NCBI GenBank assembly: GCA_964596295.1
Contig: CAZQTB010000002.1
Span: 4,355 to 68,354 of the forward strand
Origin: an uncultured Rhodocyclaceae bacterium
GTDB taxonomy: Bacteria > Pseudomonadota > Gammaproteobacteria > Burkholderiales > Rhodocyclaceae
Direction of reading: 5' to 3'
Length of the DNA stretch: 64,000 nt
Of this stretch, positions 19,500 through 29,119 are shown one piece after another; within the stretch, counting starts at the first letter, position 1; the number at the start of each line of letters is the position of its first letter. A model generated the notes under the pieces. The model was not told where the DNA came from, made no database searches, and worked only from the letters and a program-made list of their open reading frames with translations. The position numbers and the translations under genes are program-made.

Positions 19500-21527
19500 A
19501 TGCTGAACTGGCTGGCGATGGACTGGGCGCTTGGGGTGATTGCCGTCTGGCTGGTGCTGGGTTTGCTGGGTATCGCGGTATTGCGTCGATTCGAAATTGT
19601 CGCCTGGGTGCTTTTCCCCTTAGGCGGCCTGGCCGGCCTGGTACTGGCGTTCACTGCCATGCTGGGATTGGCCGGTGCAACGGAAATCGCAATCCTGCCC
19701 ATCGGTCTGCCGCAATTGCCTTTCCATCTGCGGCTTGACAGCCTTGCGGCCTTCTTCCTGTTTATCATCGGCGCCGCCGGGTTCGGCATTTCGCTGTTTG
19801 CCGCCGGTTATTTCCGCAAGGGCGAAGGCACGCCGCCGGGTTTGCTGTGTTTCGAGTACCACGCCTTTCTCGCCGGCATGGCGCTGGTGGTGCTGGCCGA
19901 CGATGCCTATGCTTTCATGGTGGCGTGGGAGAGCATGGCGCTGTCATCCTATTTTCTGGTAACGGCCAATCACAAGGTGCCGGAAATTCGTGCCGCGGGT
20001 TTCCTCTATCTCCTGATCGCGCACGTCGGCGCCATTGCCATCCTGCTCTGTTTTGGCGTTCTGCAGGCCAATACCGGCGATTACACCTTTGCCAACATGC
20101 GCGCGCAGGAACTCTCGCCGTTCTGGGCTTCTGCGGCTTTTCTACTCGCCGTGTTTGGCTTTGGCGCCAAGGCCGGCATGCTACCCTGGCACGTCTGGTT
20201 GCCCGAGGCGCATCCGGCCGCGCCTTCGCCGGTTTCGGCGCTGATGAGCGGAGTCATGTTGAAGACGGCGATCTACGGCCTGCTGCGCATCGCTTTCGAC
20301 CTGTTGCATCTGCATCTGTGGTGGTGGGGTGTCGTGTTGCTGGCATTGGGCCTCGCCACAGCGCTGTTCGGTGTCGTCTTCGCCGCCGTGCAGTCCGACA
20401 TGAAACGCCTTCTGGCCTATTCCTCGATCGAGAATATCGGCCTGTTGCTCGCTGCGATAGGTCTTGGCCTGCTCTTTCGCGCCTACGGCATGACCGCACT
20501 TGCGGCGCTCGCGCTCACCGCCTGCCTTTATCACGTCGCCAGTCACGCCTTTTTCAAGAGTCTGTTGTTCCTTACCACCGGATCGGTGCTGCATGCCACC
20601 GGCGAGCGCAATCTGGGGCATCTGGGCGGCCTCATCCGTTTCATGCCCTGGGTGGCGTGGCTGGCACTGATCGGGGTCTTCGCCAGTTCGGGTCTGCCGC
20701 CGTTTTCCGGCTTCGTCTCGGAATGGCTGCTGCTGCAAAGCTTCCTGTTCACCCCCGGTTTGCCCGACCCCTTTCTCAACATGCTGATTCCGATTGCCGC
20801 AGCCTCGGTTGCACTTACCGCTGCGCTTGCCGGTTATGCCATGGTGAAATTTTTCGGCGTCATCTTTTTGGGACGGCCGCGCGAAGAAAAACTGTGCGCA
20901 GCCCATGATGCAGGCTCCTGGGAAAAGGCCGGCATGCTCTGGCTGGCGGCCTGGTGCGTTGCCCTCGGTGTGTTGCCCAACCTGATGGTTCGCTTCATCG
21001 ACCCGGTGACCCGGATGCTCGTTGACGCGGGGCTGGCCCGGCAGGCGGCAGCCCATGGCTGGTGGCTGCTCACCCCCACCTCGATCGAGCGGGCGAGTTA
21101 CGGGCCGCTGTTCTTCCTGCTCGGTGTCGCGGCGGCCTGCGCCCTGGCCTTCATCCTGGTGCGCTTGTTCTATCATGGCCGTTTGCGTCGCGCGGCGGCA
21201 TGGGACTGCGGCTATCCGTGGCAGACGCCGCGCATGCAGGATACCGCCGAGGGCTACGGACAGCCGATCCGGCAAATCTTCGAGCCGTTCTTCCGTCTTG
21301 AGAGGCATCTGCCCGCACCCGCGGATACCCAGCCGTTCTACAAGGTAACGGCAACCGACAGGTTCTGGTACGGGCTGTACCTGCCGATTGCCCGTGTCAT
21401 CGAATTCTTCGCCGTGCAGGTTGGCCGCCTGCAACAGGGGCGCATTGCGGTTTATCTGCTCTACAGTTTCCTGACCCTGCTGTTCATGCTGCTTATGGTG
21501 CCGGGAGTCCCCGGAGTGATGCGATGA
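19500..21527 (+). CDS. hyfB: Hydrogenase-4 subunit B-like antiporter module (NuoL/MrpA family)
   Basis: AWESM, KAG..P.HVWLPEAHPAAPSPVSALMSG, KRLLAYSSIENIG, WDCGY. Confidence 0.9.
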   Translation: MLNWLAMDWALGVIAVWLVLGLLGIAVLRRFEIVAWVLFPLGGLAGLVLAFTAMLGLAGATEIAILPIGLPQLPFHLRLDSLAAFFLFIIGAAGFGISLFAAGYFRKGEGTPPGLLCFEYHAFLAGMALVVLADDAYAFMVAWESMALSSYFLVTANHKVPEIRAAGFLYLLIAHVGAIAILLCFGVLQANTGDYTFANMRAQELSPFWASAAFLLAVFGFGAKAGMLPWHVWLPEAHPAAPSPVSALMSGVMLKTAIYGLLRIAFDLLHLHLWWWGVVLLALGLATALFGVVFAAVQSDMKRLLAYSSIENIGLLLAAIGLGLLFRAYGMTALAALALTACLYHVASHAFFKSLLFLTTGSVLHATGERNLGHLGGLIRFMPWVAWLALIGVFASSGLPPFSGFVSEWLLLQSFLFTPGLPDPFLNMLIPIAAASVALTAALAGYAMVKFFGVIFLGRPREEKLCAAHDAGSWEKAGMLWLAAWCVALGVLPNLMVRFIDPVTRMLVDAGLARQAAAHGWWLLTPTSIERASYGPLFFLLGVAAACALAFILVRLFYHGRLRRAAAWDCGYPWQTPRMQDTAEGYGQPIRQIFEPFFRLERHLPAPADTQPFYKVTATDRFWYGLYLPIARVIEFFAVQVGRLQQGRIAVYLLYSFLTLLFMLLMVPGVPGVMR

Positions 21528-22471
21528 ACGTCTCCGGTTTTTTCTCTCAATTCCTGGCAGTCGTGGCGGCGCTGCTGCTGGCGCCGCTGCTGATGGGCTG
21601 GATCAACCAATGGCGAGCATGGTTGCAGAACCGCTCCGGTCCCGGCCTCATGCAGCCTTACCGCATGCTGCACAAACTGTTCAACAAGGAATCGGTGGTC
21701 GCGGCAACCGCTTCGCCGCTGTTTCGCTTCGCCCCCTATGCGATTTTCGGCTGCATGCTGCTCGCCAGCGCCATCATCCCGACGCTGTCCACTGACCTGC
21801 CGCTCTCCCTTGCTGCCGATGCCATCGCCCTGGTCGGCCTGTTCGCACTGGCGCGGGTATTCATTGCGCTGGCGGCGATGGATATCGGCACGGCCTTCGG
21901 CACGCTGGGTGCGCGGCGCGAAATGCTGGTCGGCTTTCTTGCCGAGCCTGCGTTGTTGTCCGTGTTGTTTACCGCATCCCTTATCGGCCAATCCACGGCG
22001 TTGACTACCATCGTTGAGAATCTCGCGCACAGGGAATTTGCCATCTACCCGAGCCTGGCTTTCGCCGGCATCGCCTTCACCCTGGTCTCCTTTGCCGAGA
22101 ATGCCCGCGTGCCGGTCGACAACCCCGCTACCCATCTTGAACTGACCATGATTCACGAGGCGCTGATTCTCGAGTATTCGGGCCGTCATCTGGCCTTGAT
22201 CGAATGGGCTGCGGCACTGAAACTGTTCGCCTATTCCGGCATCGGACTGGCGCTGTTCTTCCCGTGGGGCATCGCCGAGGCGCGTGCGCCGATGGCCATG
22301 CTCTACGCCTTGCCGGTATTGATGTTCAAGCTCGCCATCGGCGGCTTCCTGCTGGCGCTGATTGAAACCCTCGCCGCCAAGATGCGTATCTTCAGGGTAC
22401 CGGAATTTCTGGCGACCGCCTTTCTGCTGGCGGTCATTGGCATGCTCATACACATCCTGCTGGGCGCCTGA
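21524..22471 (+). CDS. hyfC: HyfC/HycD (NuoH-like) membrane subunit
   Basis: QNRSGP...QPY, GARRE, ENARVPVDNPATHLELTMIHEA..LEYSG. Confidence 0.9.
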   Translation: MNVSGFFSQFLAVVAALLLAPLLMGWINQWRAWLQNRSGPGLMQPYRMLHKLFNKESVVAATASPLFRFAPYAIFGCMLLASAIIPTLSTDLPLSLAADAIALVGLFALARVFIALAAMDIGTAFGTLGARREMLVGFLAEPALLSVLFTASLIGQSTALTTIVENLAHREFAIYPSLAFAGIAFTLVSFAENARVPVDNPATHLELTMIHEALILEYSGRHLALIEWAAALKLFAYSGIGLALFFPWGIAEARAPMAMLYALPVLMFKLAIGGFLLALIETLAAKMRIFRVPEFLATAFLLAVIGMLIHILLGA

Positions 22472-22475
22472 CACC

Positions 22476-23135
22476 ATGACGGCATTGATCACCCAGCTCA
22501 TCAACCTGTTTGCCGCCTTGATTCTCATGCTGGCTTTCGCCATGCTGGCCCAGCGCCGCATCCTGACCCTGATTCACCTGTTCGCCTTGCAGGGACTCGC
22601 CGTAGTGGGCGCAACCACGGTCGTCGCCTACGTGACCCACCAGCCCCATCTCTACTATTCGGCGGCGCTGACGCTGGCGCTCAAGGTGTTTGTCATCCCC
22701 TGGGTGCTGCATCGCCTGATCAACCGCCTGAACGTGCGCTGGGATATCGAGACCCTGATCAACATCCCCAGCACGATGCTGATCGGCATCGTGCTGGTGG
22801 TCTTTGCCTTCAATCTGGCCCTGCCGGTTTCGCAACTCTCCGCCGCCATTACCCGCGGCACGCTGGGCATTGCACTGGCCTGCGTCCTGCTTTCGTTCAT
22901 GATGATGATCACCCGCTCCAAGGCAGTGCCGCAGGTGATTGGCTTCCTCGCCATGGAAAATGCCCTGTTTTTCGCCGCCACTTCGGCTACCCACGGCATG
23001 CCGATGGTGGTTGAACTCGGCATTGCGCTCGACGTGCTGGTCGGCGTGTTCATTCTCGGCGTGTTCATGTTCCAGATCCGGGAGCAGTTCGACAGCCTGG
23101 ACATCCGTCATCTCGAAAGCCTCAAGGAAGATTAA
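22476..23135 (+). CDS. hyfE: HyfE-like membrane subunit
   Basis: Hydrophobic 219 aa, QVIGFLAMEN, MPMVVELG; position in operon. Confidence 0.87.
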   Translation: MTALITQLINLFAALILMLAFAMLAQRRILTLIHLFALQGLAVVGATTVVAYVTHQPHLYYSAALTLALKVFVIPWVLHRLINRLNVRWDIETLINIPSTMLIGIVLVVFAFNLALPVSQLSAAITRGTLGIALACVLLSFMMMITRSKAVPQVIGFLAMENALFFAATSATHGMPMVVELGIALDVLVGVFILGVFMFQIREQFDSLDIRHLESLKED

Positions 23136-24590
23136 ATGAGTATCCTGATCTTGGTTTTCGCCACCCCACTCGCCGGCGCGCTGGTGCTCGCCCTGACGGG
23201 CCATCGCCCGCAGGCGCGCAACGTCAATGTCATCTTCAGCTGCGGCACTTTTCTCGCCGCGGCGCTGCTGACCGTTGAAATCATTGCCGAAGGCCCGGTG
23301 TTCGCTCTTGACCGGCAGTTCTTCATTGATCCCCTGAATGTTTTTCTGGTGACGCTGACGGCTTTTGTCGGCTTTACCACTTCGGTGTTTTCACGGCCCT
23401 ATATGCGAGTCGAGGAAGACCACGGCAAGATGACGCCCAACCGCATGCGACTCTATTTCAGCATGTATCAACTGTTCTCTTTCACCATGCTGCTGGCGCT
23501 CACCACCAACAACATGGGCATTCTCTGGGTGGCAATGGAAGCGGCGACATTGACCACGGTGCTGCTGGTTTCCATCTACCGCACGCCGGCCAGTCTCGAA
23601 GCGGCCTGGAAATACTTCATCCTCTGCGGGGTCGGCATCGCCCAGGCGCTGTTTGGCACCATCCTGCTCTACATGGCAGCCCAGCGGGTGCTTGGCGATG
23701 GGGCCGGCGCGCTGCTATGGACCAATCTCGATACGGTCAAAACCCAGCTCAATCCCGCCATCATGGCGCTGGCCTTTGTCTTTCTCTTCATCGGCTATGG
23801 CACCAAGGTCGGCCTCGTGCCCTTGCACAACTGGCTGCCGGATGCGCATGCCGAAGGCCCGACGCCGATCTCTGCGGTGCTCTCGGGACTGCTGCTGAAC
23901 GTGGCGTTGTACGCCGTCATCCGCTGCAAGGTGCTGACCGACGGCGCGCTCGCCAATCGCTTTGCCGGCGACCTGATGGTGGGCTTCGGCCTGCTCTCGG
24001 TCGTTGCCGCGGCTTTCTTCCTGTTCCGCCAGAAAGATGTCAAGCGCATGTTCTCGTATTCGTCGATCGAGCACATGGGGCTGATGACCTTCGCTTTCGG
24101 TCTCGGCGGGCCGATCGCCAATTTCGCCGGGTTGCTGCACATGACGGTGCACTCGCTGGTCAAGTCGGCGATTTTTTTTGCTGTCGGTCACGCGGCACAG
24201 AAGGCTGGAACGCAGCTCATGGAAAATATCCGCGGCCTGATCACGGTCAGCCCCACCGTCGGCTGGGGCCTGATGCTGGGTTCGCTGGCCATTCTTGGCA
24301 TGCCGCCGTTCGGTATTTTCGCCAGCGAGTTTCTCATCCTGACCAGCGCCATGCGCCAGCTGCCGTGGGCTACGCCATTTCTCCTGTTGGGACTGGGTGT
24401 CGCCTTCGCTGCCATTTTCAGCCGCGTGCAACCGATGGTATTTGGCCAGACCAGCGTCAGGCCGCTGGCTCACCCGCCGGCGCTGCTGCCGGTTTTTGTG
24501 CACCTCGGGCTGGGATTGATGCTGGGTTTTTACATTCCGCCCTATCTGAGCGACTGGTACCGCCAGGCTGCCCGGATCATTGGAGGCTGA
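23136..24590 (+). CDS. hyfF: HyfF-like antiporter module
   Basis: WVAMEAATL, EAAWKY, GTKVGLVPLHNWLPDAHAEGP, KRMFSYSSIEHMG. Confidence 0.9.
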   Translation: MSILILVFATPLAGALVLALTGHRPQARNVNVIFSCGTFLAAALLTVEIIAEGPVFALDRQFFIDPLNVFLVTLTAFVGFTTSVFSRPYMRVEEDHGKMTPNRMRLYFSMYQLFSFTMLLALTTNNMGILWVAMEAATLTTVLLVSIYRTPASLEAAWKYFILCGVGIAQALFGTILLYMAAQRVLGDGAGALLWTNLDTVKTQLNPAIMALAFVFLFIGYGTKVGLVPLHNWLPDAHAEGPTPISAVLSGLLLNVALYAVIRCKVLTDGALANRFAGDLMVGFGLLSVVAAAFFLFRQKDVKRMFSYSSIEHMGLMTFAFGLGGPIANFAGLLHMTVHSLVKSAIFFAVGHAAQKAGTQLMENIRGLITVSPTVGWGLMLGSLAILGMPPFGIFASEFLILTSAMRQLPWATPFLLLGLGVAFAAIFSRVQPMVFGQTSVRPLAHPPALLPVFVHLGLGLMLGFYIPPYLSDWYRQAARIIGG

Positions 24591-24594
24591 TGCC

Positions 24595-26151
24595 ATGCAA
24601 ATAGCCGGCCTCAACATCGATCTTCGCTGCCTGCCGGTCCCTTTCCCGCTCCTGCGCGGCAGGGTTTGCGTCAGCGAGTGGTCGGCGGCGGCTCTGGCCA
24701 TTGCGGAAAGTCATGGCCGCCTTGTTTCGTTCTGGGGCAGCGACGGTCGCTGCGGCGCATCCGGTGACTTCGTCGTTTCCGCCGTTTATGCAGTCGCGGA
24801 CGGGACACTGGTCTGGCTCGATCTGCCGCTTGCCGGCCGGCAGGTGAATTACCCCGATATTTCCGGCATCTTCCCCTATGCGTCACGCATGCAGCGCGCT
24901 ACGGCCGATCTGCTTGGCCTGCATGCGGAAGGCGCCGCCGACAACCGCCCGTGGCTGAATCACGGCGCCTGGCCGGCAGACTATTTTCCGTTGCGACGGG
25001 AGTTTTCCGGCGCCGAAACGCATGATGGGCCGGCTGCGACCGACTACCCTTTTGTGACTGTCGCTGGCGAAGGCGTGCATGAAATTGCCGTCGGCCCGGT
25101 CCATGCCGGCATCATCGAACCCGGCCATTTCCGTTTTTCGGTGGCGGGCGAAAAAACGCTGCGTCTGGAAGAACGCATGGGCTATGCGCACAAAGGCATC
25201 GACAAGCGCTTCGAGCATCTGCCGGCGACAGAGGCTTACCGACTGGCCGGCCGCATCTCGGGCGACTCCACCGTAGCTTATGCCTGGGCCTACTGCATGG
25301 CGCTGGAAATGGCATGGAACTGGCCGGTTCCAGCGCGCGCCCTGTGGCTGCGGGCGCTGATGCTGGAGCGCGAACGGGTGGCAAACCACCTTGGCGATCT
25401 CGGCGCCCTGGCCAACGATGCTGCCTTCGCCTTCGGTTTTTCCCAGTTCATGCGCCTCAAGGAAGACTGGCTGCGCCTGAACAAGACCATGTTTGGCCAT
25501 CGTTTCATGATGGATTGCGTTGTTCCCGGCGGCACGGCAATCGACCTGGACGCTGCCGGCTTCGCGCAAATCACCACCCAGTGCGATGCCGTCGAAGCCG
25601 AAGTGCGCGAGTTGCGCGCCATCTACGACGATCACGCCGGTTTGCAGGATCGCTTCCTTGCCACCGGCCGCGTCACCACGGAACAGGCCGCTCAACTCGG
25701 GCTGACCGGGTTGGCGGGACGGGCCAGCGGCATTGTCCGCGACGTACGCATCAACTTCCCTTCGCCACCCTATGCGGAATTGAAGGTCAACGTCGCCTGC
25801 CACAACGGGGGCGATGTTGCCGCCCGGGTGACGGTGCGCTTTGACGAGACCATGGAATCGTTGCGACTGATCCGCCAAATTGCCCGCCGGCTGCCTGTCG
25901 GCGCAATTGTCGGCGCGCCGGACAACGGCATGCCCGAAGGCAGCGGCGCCGGCTGGATCGAAGGCTGGCGCGGCGAGATTTTCGTTGCCCTGACGGTGGA
26001 GAAAGAAAATCGCATCGGCCGTTGTCACTGCCACGATCCTTCATGGCAAAACTGGCCGGTGCTGGAACATGCGGTGATCGGCAACATCGTGCCCGACTTT
26101 CCGCTGATCAATAAATCCTTCAACCTCAGTTATTCGGGGCATGACCGCTGA
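24595..26151 (+). CDS. HyfG/HycE-like (NuoCD-type) large subunit lacking NiFe cysteines (Ehr type)
   Basis: GGAGG RBS; VGPVHAGIIEPGHFRF, GYAHKG, ERERVANHLGD, EGWRGE; RISGDS and NLSYSG where CxxC motifs are expected. Confidence 0.9.
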   Translation: MQIAGLNIDLRCLPVPFPLLRGRVCVSEWSAAALAIAESHGRLVSFWGSDGRCGASGDFVVSAVYAVADGTLVWLDLPLAGRQVNYPDISGIFPYASRMQRATADLLGLHAEGAADNRPWLNHGAWPADYFPLRREFSGAETHDGPAATDYPFVTVAGEGVHEIAVGPVHAGIIEPGHFRFSVAGEKTLRLEERMGYAHKGIDKRFEHLPATEAYRLAGRISGDSTVAYAWAYCMALEMAWNWPVPARALWLRALMLERERVANHLGDLGALANDAAFAFGFSQFMRLKEDWLRLNKTMFGHRFMMDCVVPGGTAIDLDAAGFAQITTQCDAVEAEVRELRAIYDDHAGLQDRFLATGRVTTEQAAQLGLTGLAGRASGIVRDVRINFPSPPYAELKVNVACHNGGDVAARVTVRFDETMESLRLIRQIARRLPVGAIVGAPDNGMPEGSGAGWIEGWRGEIFVALTVEKENRIGRCHCHDPSWQNWPVLEHAVIGNIVPDFPLINKSFNLSYSGHDR

Positions 26152-26750
26152 TGTGGAAGATACTCAGACGGATTGCCAGAACCGGCATCGCGACGGAAGC
26201 GCCGCCAAAAGTCGGCGCTGGTGAAGCGCCTGCGCTACAAGGCGGGCGAGCAAAAAACGCTCGCCTCGCCGTAGCGGATGGCGACACGGCGACGGCGCAG
26301 CATATCCACGACGAGATTCTGCAAATCCTCGGCCGCGCGCTGACCATCCGCGAAGTGGACGCCGGCAGCTGCAATGGTTGCGAACTGGAGATCCATGCCA
26401 CCGGCAACGTTTACTACAACCTTGAAGGCCTGGGTATCAGGTTCGTCGCCAGCCCGCGGCATGCCGATATGCTGCTGGTCACCGGGCCGGTATCGCGCAA
26501 CATGGCGCTGGCGTTGCAGCGTACCTACGACGCCACGCCCGAGCCCAAGCTGGTCGTTGCTGTCGGCGATTGCGCCGCGAATGGCGGCATCTTCGGCGAG
26601 AGTTATGCCACGCTCGGCGGAGTGGCCAAGGTATTGCCCGTTGATCTTGTGATTCCCGGCTGCCCGCCCGAACCGATTGAAATTCTGCGAGGCATCCTGA
26701 CGGCGGTGCGCTATCGACTGAAGTTGCGTTCCGTCACCGGCCATAAATAA
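26151..26750 (+). CDS. HyfI/HycG-like (NuoB family) Fe-S small subunit
   Basis: GSCNGCELE, SPRHAD.LLVTG, VGDCA, PGCPP. Confidence 0.92.
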   Translation: MWKILRRIARTGIATEAPPKVGAGEAPALQGGRAKNARLAVADGDTATAQHIHDEILQILGRALTIREVDAGSCNGCELEIHATGNVYYNLEGLGIRFVASPRHADMLLVTGPVSRNMALALQRTYDATPEPKLVVAVGDCAANGGIFGESYATLGGVAKVLPVDLVIPGCPPEPIEILRGILTAVRYRLKLRSVTGHK

Positions 26751-26756
26751 AGCAGC

Positions 26757-26775
26757 ATCCAGAGACGAATTCAAG
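26757..26775 (-). repeat. Dispersed 19-bp repeat, intergenic copy between convergent genes
   Basis: Reverse complement CTTGAATTCGTCTCTGGAT. Confidence 0.75.
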
Positions 26776-26783
26776 CCGGATTT

Positions 26784-27290
26784 TTACAGCGCCGCTTCAG
26801 GGGTGAGGATGCGAAACAGGCCGCGCAGACGGTCACGCCGCGCCAGTTCGAGCAAGGCCTTGTCGGCCGTCACCAGCCAGTCGGCTGCGCCATCGCGAGC
26901 GGTCTCGAGAAATTTCTGGTCATCGCGATCCCTGCAACGCGGCAACTCAATGGGCAGTTCATTGCCTGCTGCCGTTGCCGGAATGAGCGTCACGCAGGCG
27001 GCATAGGTGGCGTATGCGGCTTCCTGCACGGCGGCCGCAAGACCAAACTGCGGGTAATTCAACACGCGGCGGAATTCGGCCAGGCAAGCTGCGCTGCTGA
27101 CCACCCGCCATTTGCCGCCGTCGATTTTGGCGCGTAGCGGCGCAAAGCGGCTGTCGGCGAAAATGTAGAGCGAGACCAGGACGTTGGTATCCAGCACGAC
27201 CCGCAGTGCCACATCGGGCGCAGATGGAAAAACAGGCGCGGAAGCCGACGGCGCCGTGCTCGCTTCATGTCCTGCAAAGAGGCTAGTCAC
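26784..27290 (-). CDS. PIN-domain protein (putative toxin component)
   Basis: RVVLDTNVLVS, E...VL, CRDRDDQKFLE.A..G.AD.LVT.D; start uncertain (GTG 27290 overlaps phaC stop). Confidence 0.85.
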   Translation of the reverse strand: MTSLFAGHEASTAPSASAPVFPSAPDVALRVVLDTNVLVSLYIFADSRFAPLRAKIDGGKWRVVSSAACLAEFRRVLNYPQFGLAAAVQEAAYATYAACVTLIPATAAGNELPIELPRCRDRDDQKFLETARDGAADWLVTADKALLELARRDRLRGLFRILTPEAAL

Positions 27291-29109
27291 GCCGCCTATC
27301 GAGACGGAACCTGGCGTAAGCGCCCGGCGCATCTTCCACCACGTCAAGTTTGCCCTTGGCCGGATCACGGGCGGGCACTTTGTCGCCGTTGAGCGCAGTG
27401 ATCCAGGCTTGCCAGTCGGTCCACCACGAGCCTGCATGTTTCTGGGCTGCCTTGAACCAGCCATCCGCGCTGGCAGGCAGGGCTTTCTTCCTGCCCTCGC
27501 GGGTTCGTTCATGGGTCCAGTAGCCATACTTGCCGGCGTCCGGCGGATTGACGATGCCGGCAATATGCCCGGAGCCGCCGAGGACGAAACGCACCGGCCC
27601 GCCGAGCAGGGTGGCGCCAAGATAGGTGCTCTGCCAGGGCGCGATGTGGTCTTCAAGCGTGGAAATAAAATAGCTCGGCACAGTGATTTTCGACAGATCG
27701 ATCGGCGTATCGAGCAGGGCAATGCCGCCCGGTTCCCTGAGCAGGTTTTTCAGGTACATGTTGCGCAGATAGTCGCTGTGCATCTTGTAGGGCATGCGCG
27801 TGGAATCCGAATTCCAGTAGAGCAGGTCGAAGGGGAAGGGATCCTTGCCCATCAGGTAGTTGTTCACCACGAATGACCAGATCAGATCGTTGGAGCGCAG
27901 CATGTTGAAGGCGGCCGCCATTTCACTGCCTTCCAGATAACCGCGCTCCTGCATCTTTTTTTCGAGATCCGCCACCAGCCCTTCGTCGATAAAGACGCCC
28001 AGGTCGCCGGGGACGGAAAAATCCAGCAGGGTGACGAAAAATGTCGCCGAGGCGATGCGCTTGTCTTGTTTGGCCGCCATGTAGCCCATGGTTGATGCCA
28101 GCAATGTGCCGCCAAGGCAATAGCCGATGAGATTGATCTCCGTTTCGCCGGTCTGCGCGCATACCGCGTCGATCGCGGCCAGCGATCCTTCGGCGAGATA
28201 ATCCGCGAAGCTTTTTTCGGCCAGCCTGGCATCCGGATTCACCCAGGAAACGACGAACACCGTATGCCCCTGATCGGTTGCCCACCGGATGAAGGAGTTG
28301 GCCGGACGCAAATCAAGGATGTAGTACTTGTTGATCCACGGCGGAATGATCAGCAGCGGGCGCTTGTACTGCTCTTGCGTCGCGGGATTGAACTGGAGCA
28401 ACTGCATCAGCTCATTCTGGAATATCACCTTGCCCGGCGTGGCCCCGATGTTCCTGCCCAGTTCGAAAGCGTCCGCATCGGCCATCTTGACGCGCAACTG
28501 GCCATCGCCCGCCTCGATATCGCGCAGCAGGTTGTTGAAGCCATTGAGCAGATTCCGGCCGTGGCTTTTCACCGTCTCGCGCACGACTGCCGGGTTGGTC
28601 AGGGCGAAATTCGAGGGCGATAGCGCATCGACGAACTGATGCGTAAAAAAGTTCACCTTCTTTTGCGAAACGGCATCGAGACCTTCAATGCCGCCGACAA
28701 CATCGTAAATGTGGCGCGCGGTGATGAGATAGCTTTGCTTGATGAAGTCAAACAGGAAATCATCGTCCCACTGCGCATCCTTGAAGCGGTTATCGCCTTT
28801 GGGCGCACTGGCGACCGGAGGGGAATTCATGCCCATGGCACGCAACATCGCATGCTGCCACAGCGAAAAATAGTCCCATGCCAGGCTCATCTGCGACTGG
28901 GCCAGCTTGTACGGGTTGGCCAGCATCCTGGACATCATGCCCATGAAGGCCTGAGCCACCCCCAGATCGTCTGACGGTGCGGCAAGGCCTTTTTTCATCT
29001 GGCGCTGCATGTGCTCGGTAATCAGCTTTGCGGCCCGCTGCGCCACCTCCGCATAGGTTTTGGCAACGTCCTGGGGCTGGGGCGGTTCCTTGTTCTCTGG
29101 CGCAGCCAC
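27283..29109 (-). CDS. phaC: Class I poly(3-hydroxyalkanoate) synthase
   Basis: PPWINKYYILDL, lipase box GYCLGG, DHIAPW, SGHIAG, GSWW; GTG start with AAGGA RBS. Confidence 0.95.
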   Translation of the reverse strand: MAAPENKEPPQPQDVAKTYAEVAQRAAKLITEHMQRQMKKGLAAPSDDLGVAQAFMGMMSRMLANPYKLAQSQMSLAWDYFSLWQHAMLRAMGMNSPPVASAPKGDNRFKDAQWDDDFLFDFIKQSYLITARHIYDVVGGIEGLDAVSQKKVNFFTHQFVDALSPSNFALTNPAVVRETVKSHGRNLLNGFNNLLRDIEAGDGQLRVKMADADAFELGRNIGATPGKVIFQNELMQLLQFNPATQEQYKRPLLIIPPWINKYYILDLRPANSFIRWATDQGHTVFVVSWVNPDARLAEKSFADYLAEGSLAAIDAVCAQTGETEINLIGYCLGGTLLASTMGYMAAKQDKRIASATFFVTLLDFSVPGDLGVFIDEGLVADLEKKMQERGYLEGSEMAAAFNMLRSNDLIWSFVVNNYLMGKDPFPFDLLYWNSDSTRMPYKMHSDYLRNMYLKNLLREPGGIALLDTPIDLSKITVPSYFISTLEDHIAPWQSTYLGATLLGGPVRFVLGGSGHIAGIVNPPDAGKYGYWTHERTREGRKKALPASADGWFKAAQKHAGSWWTDWQAWITALNGDKVPARDPAKGKLDVVEDAPGAYARFRLDRRRD

Positions 29110-29119
29110 CAAAAATCCT

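Noticed and set aside
24595..26151. Calling the operon a functional [NiFe] hydrogenase or formate hydrogenlyase
   Set aside because: Both Ni-ligating CxxC motifs are missing and no maturation or fdh genes are present.
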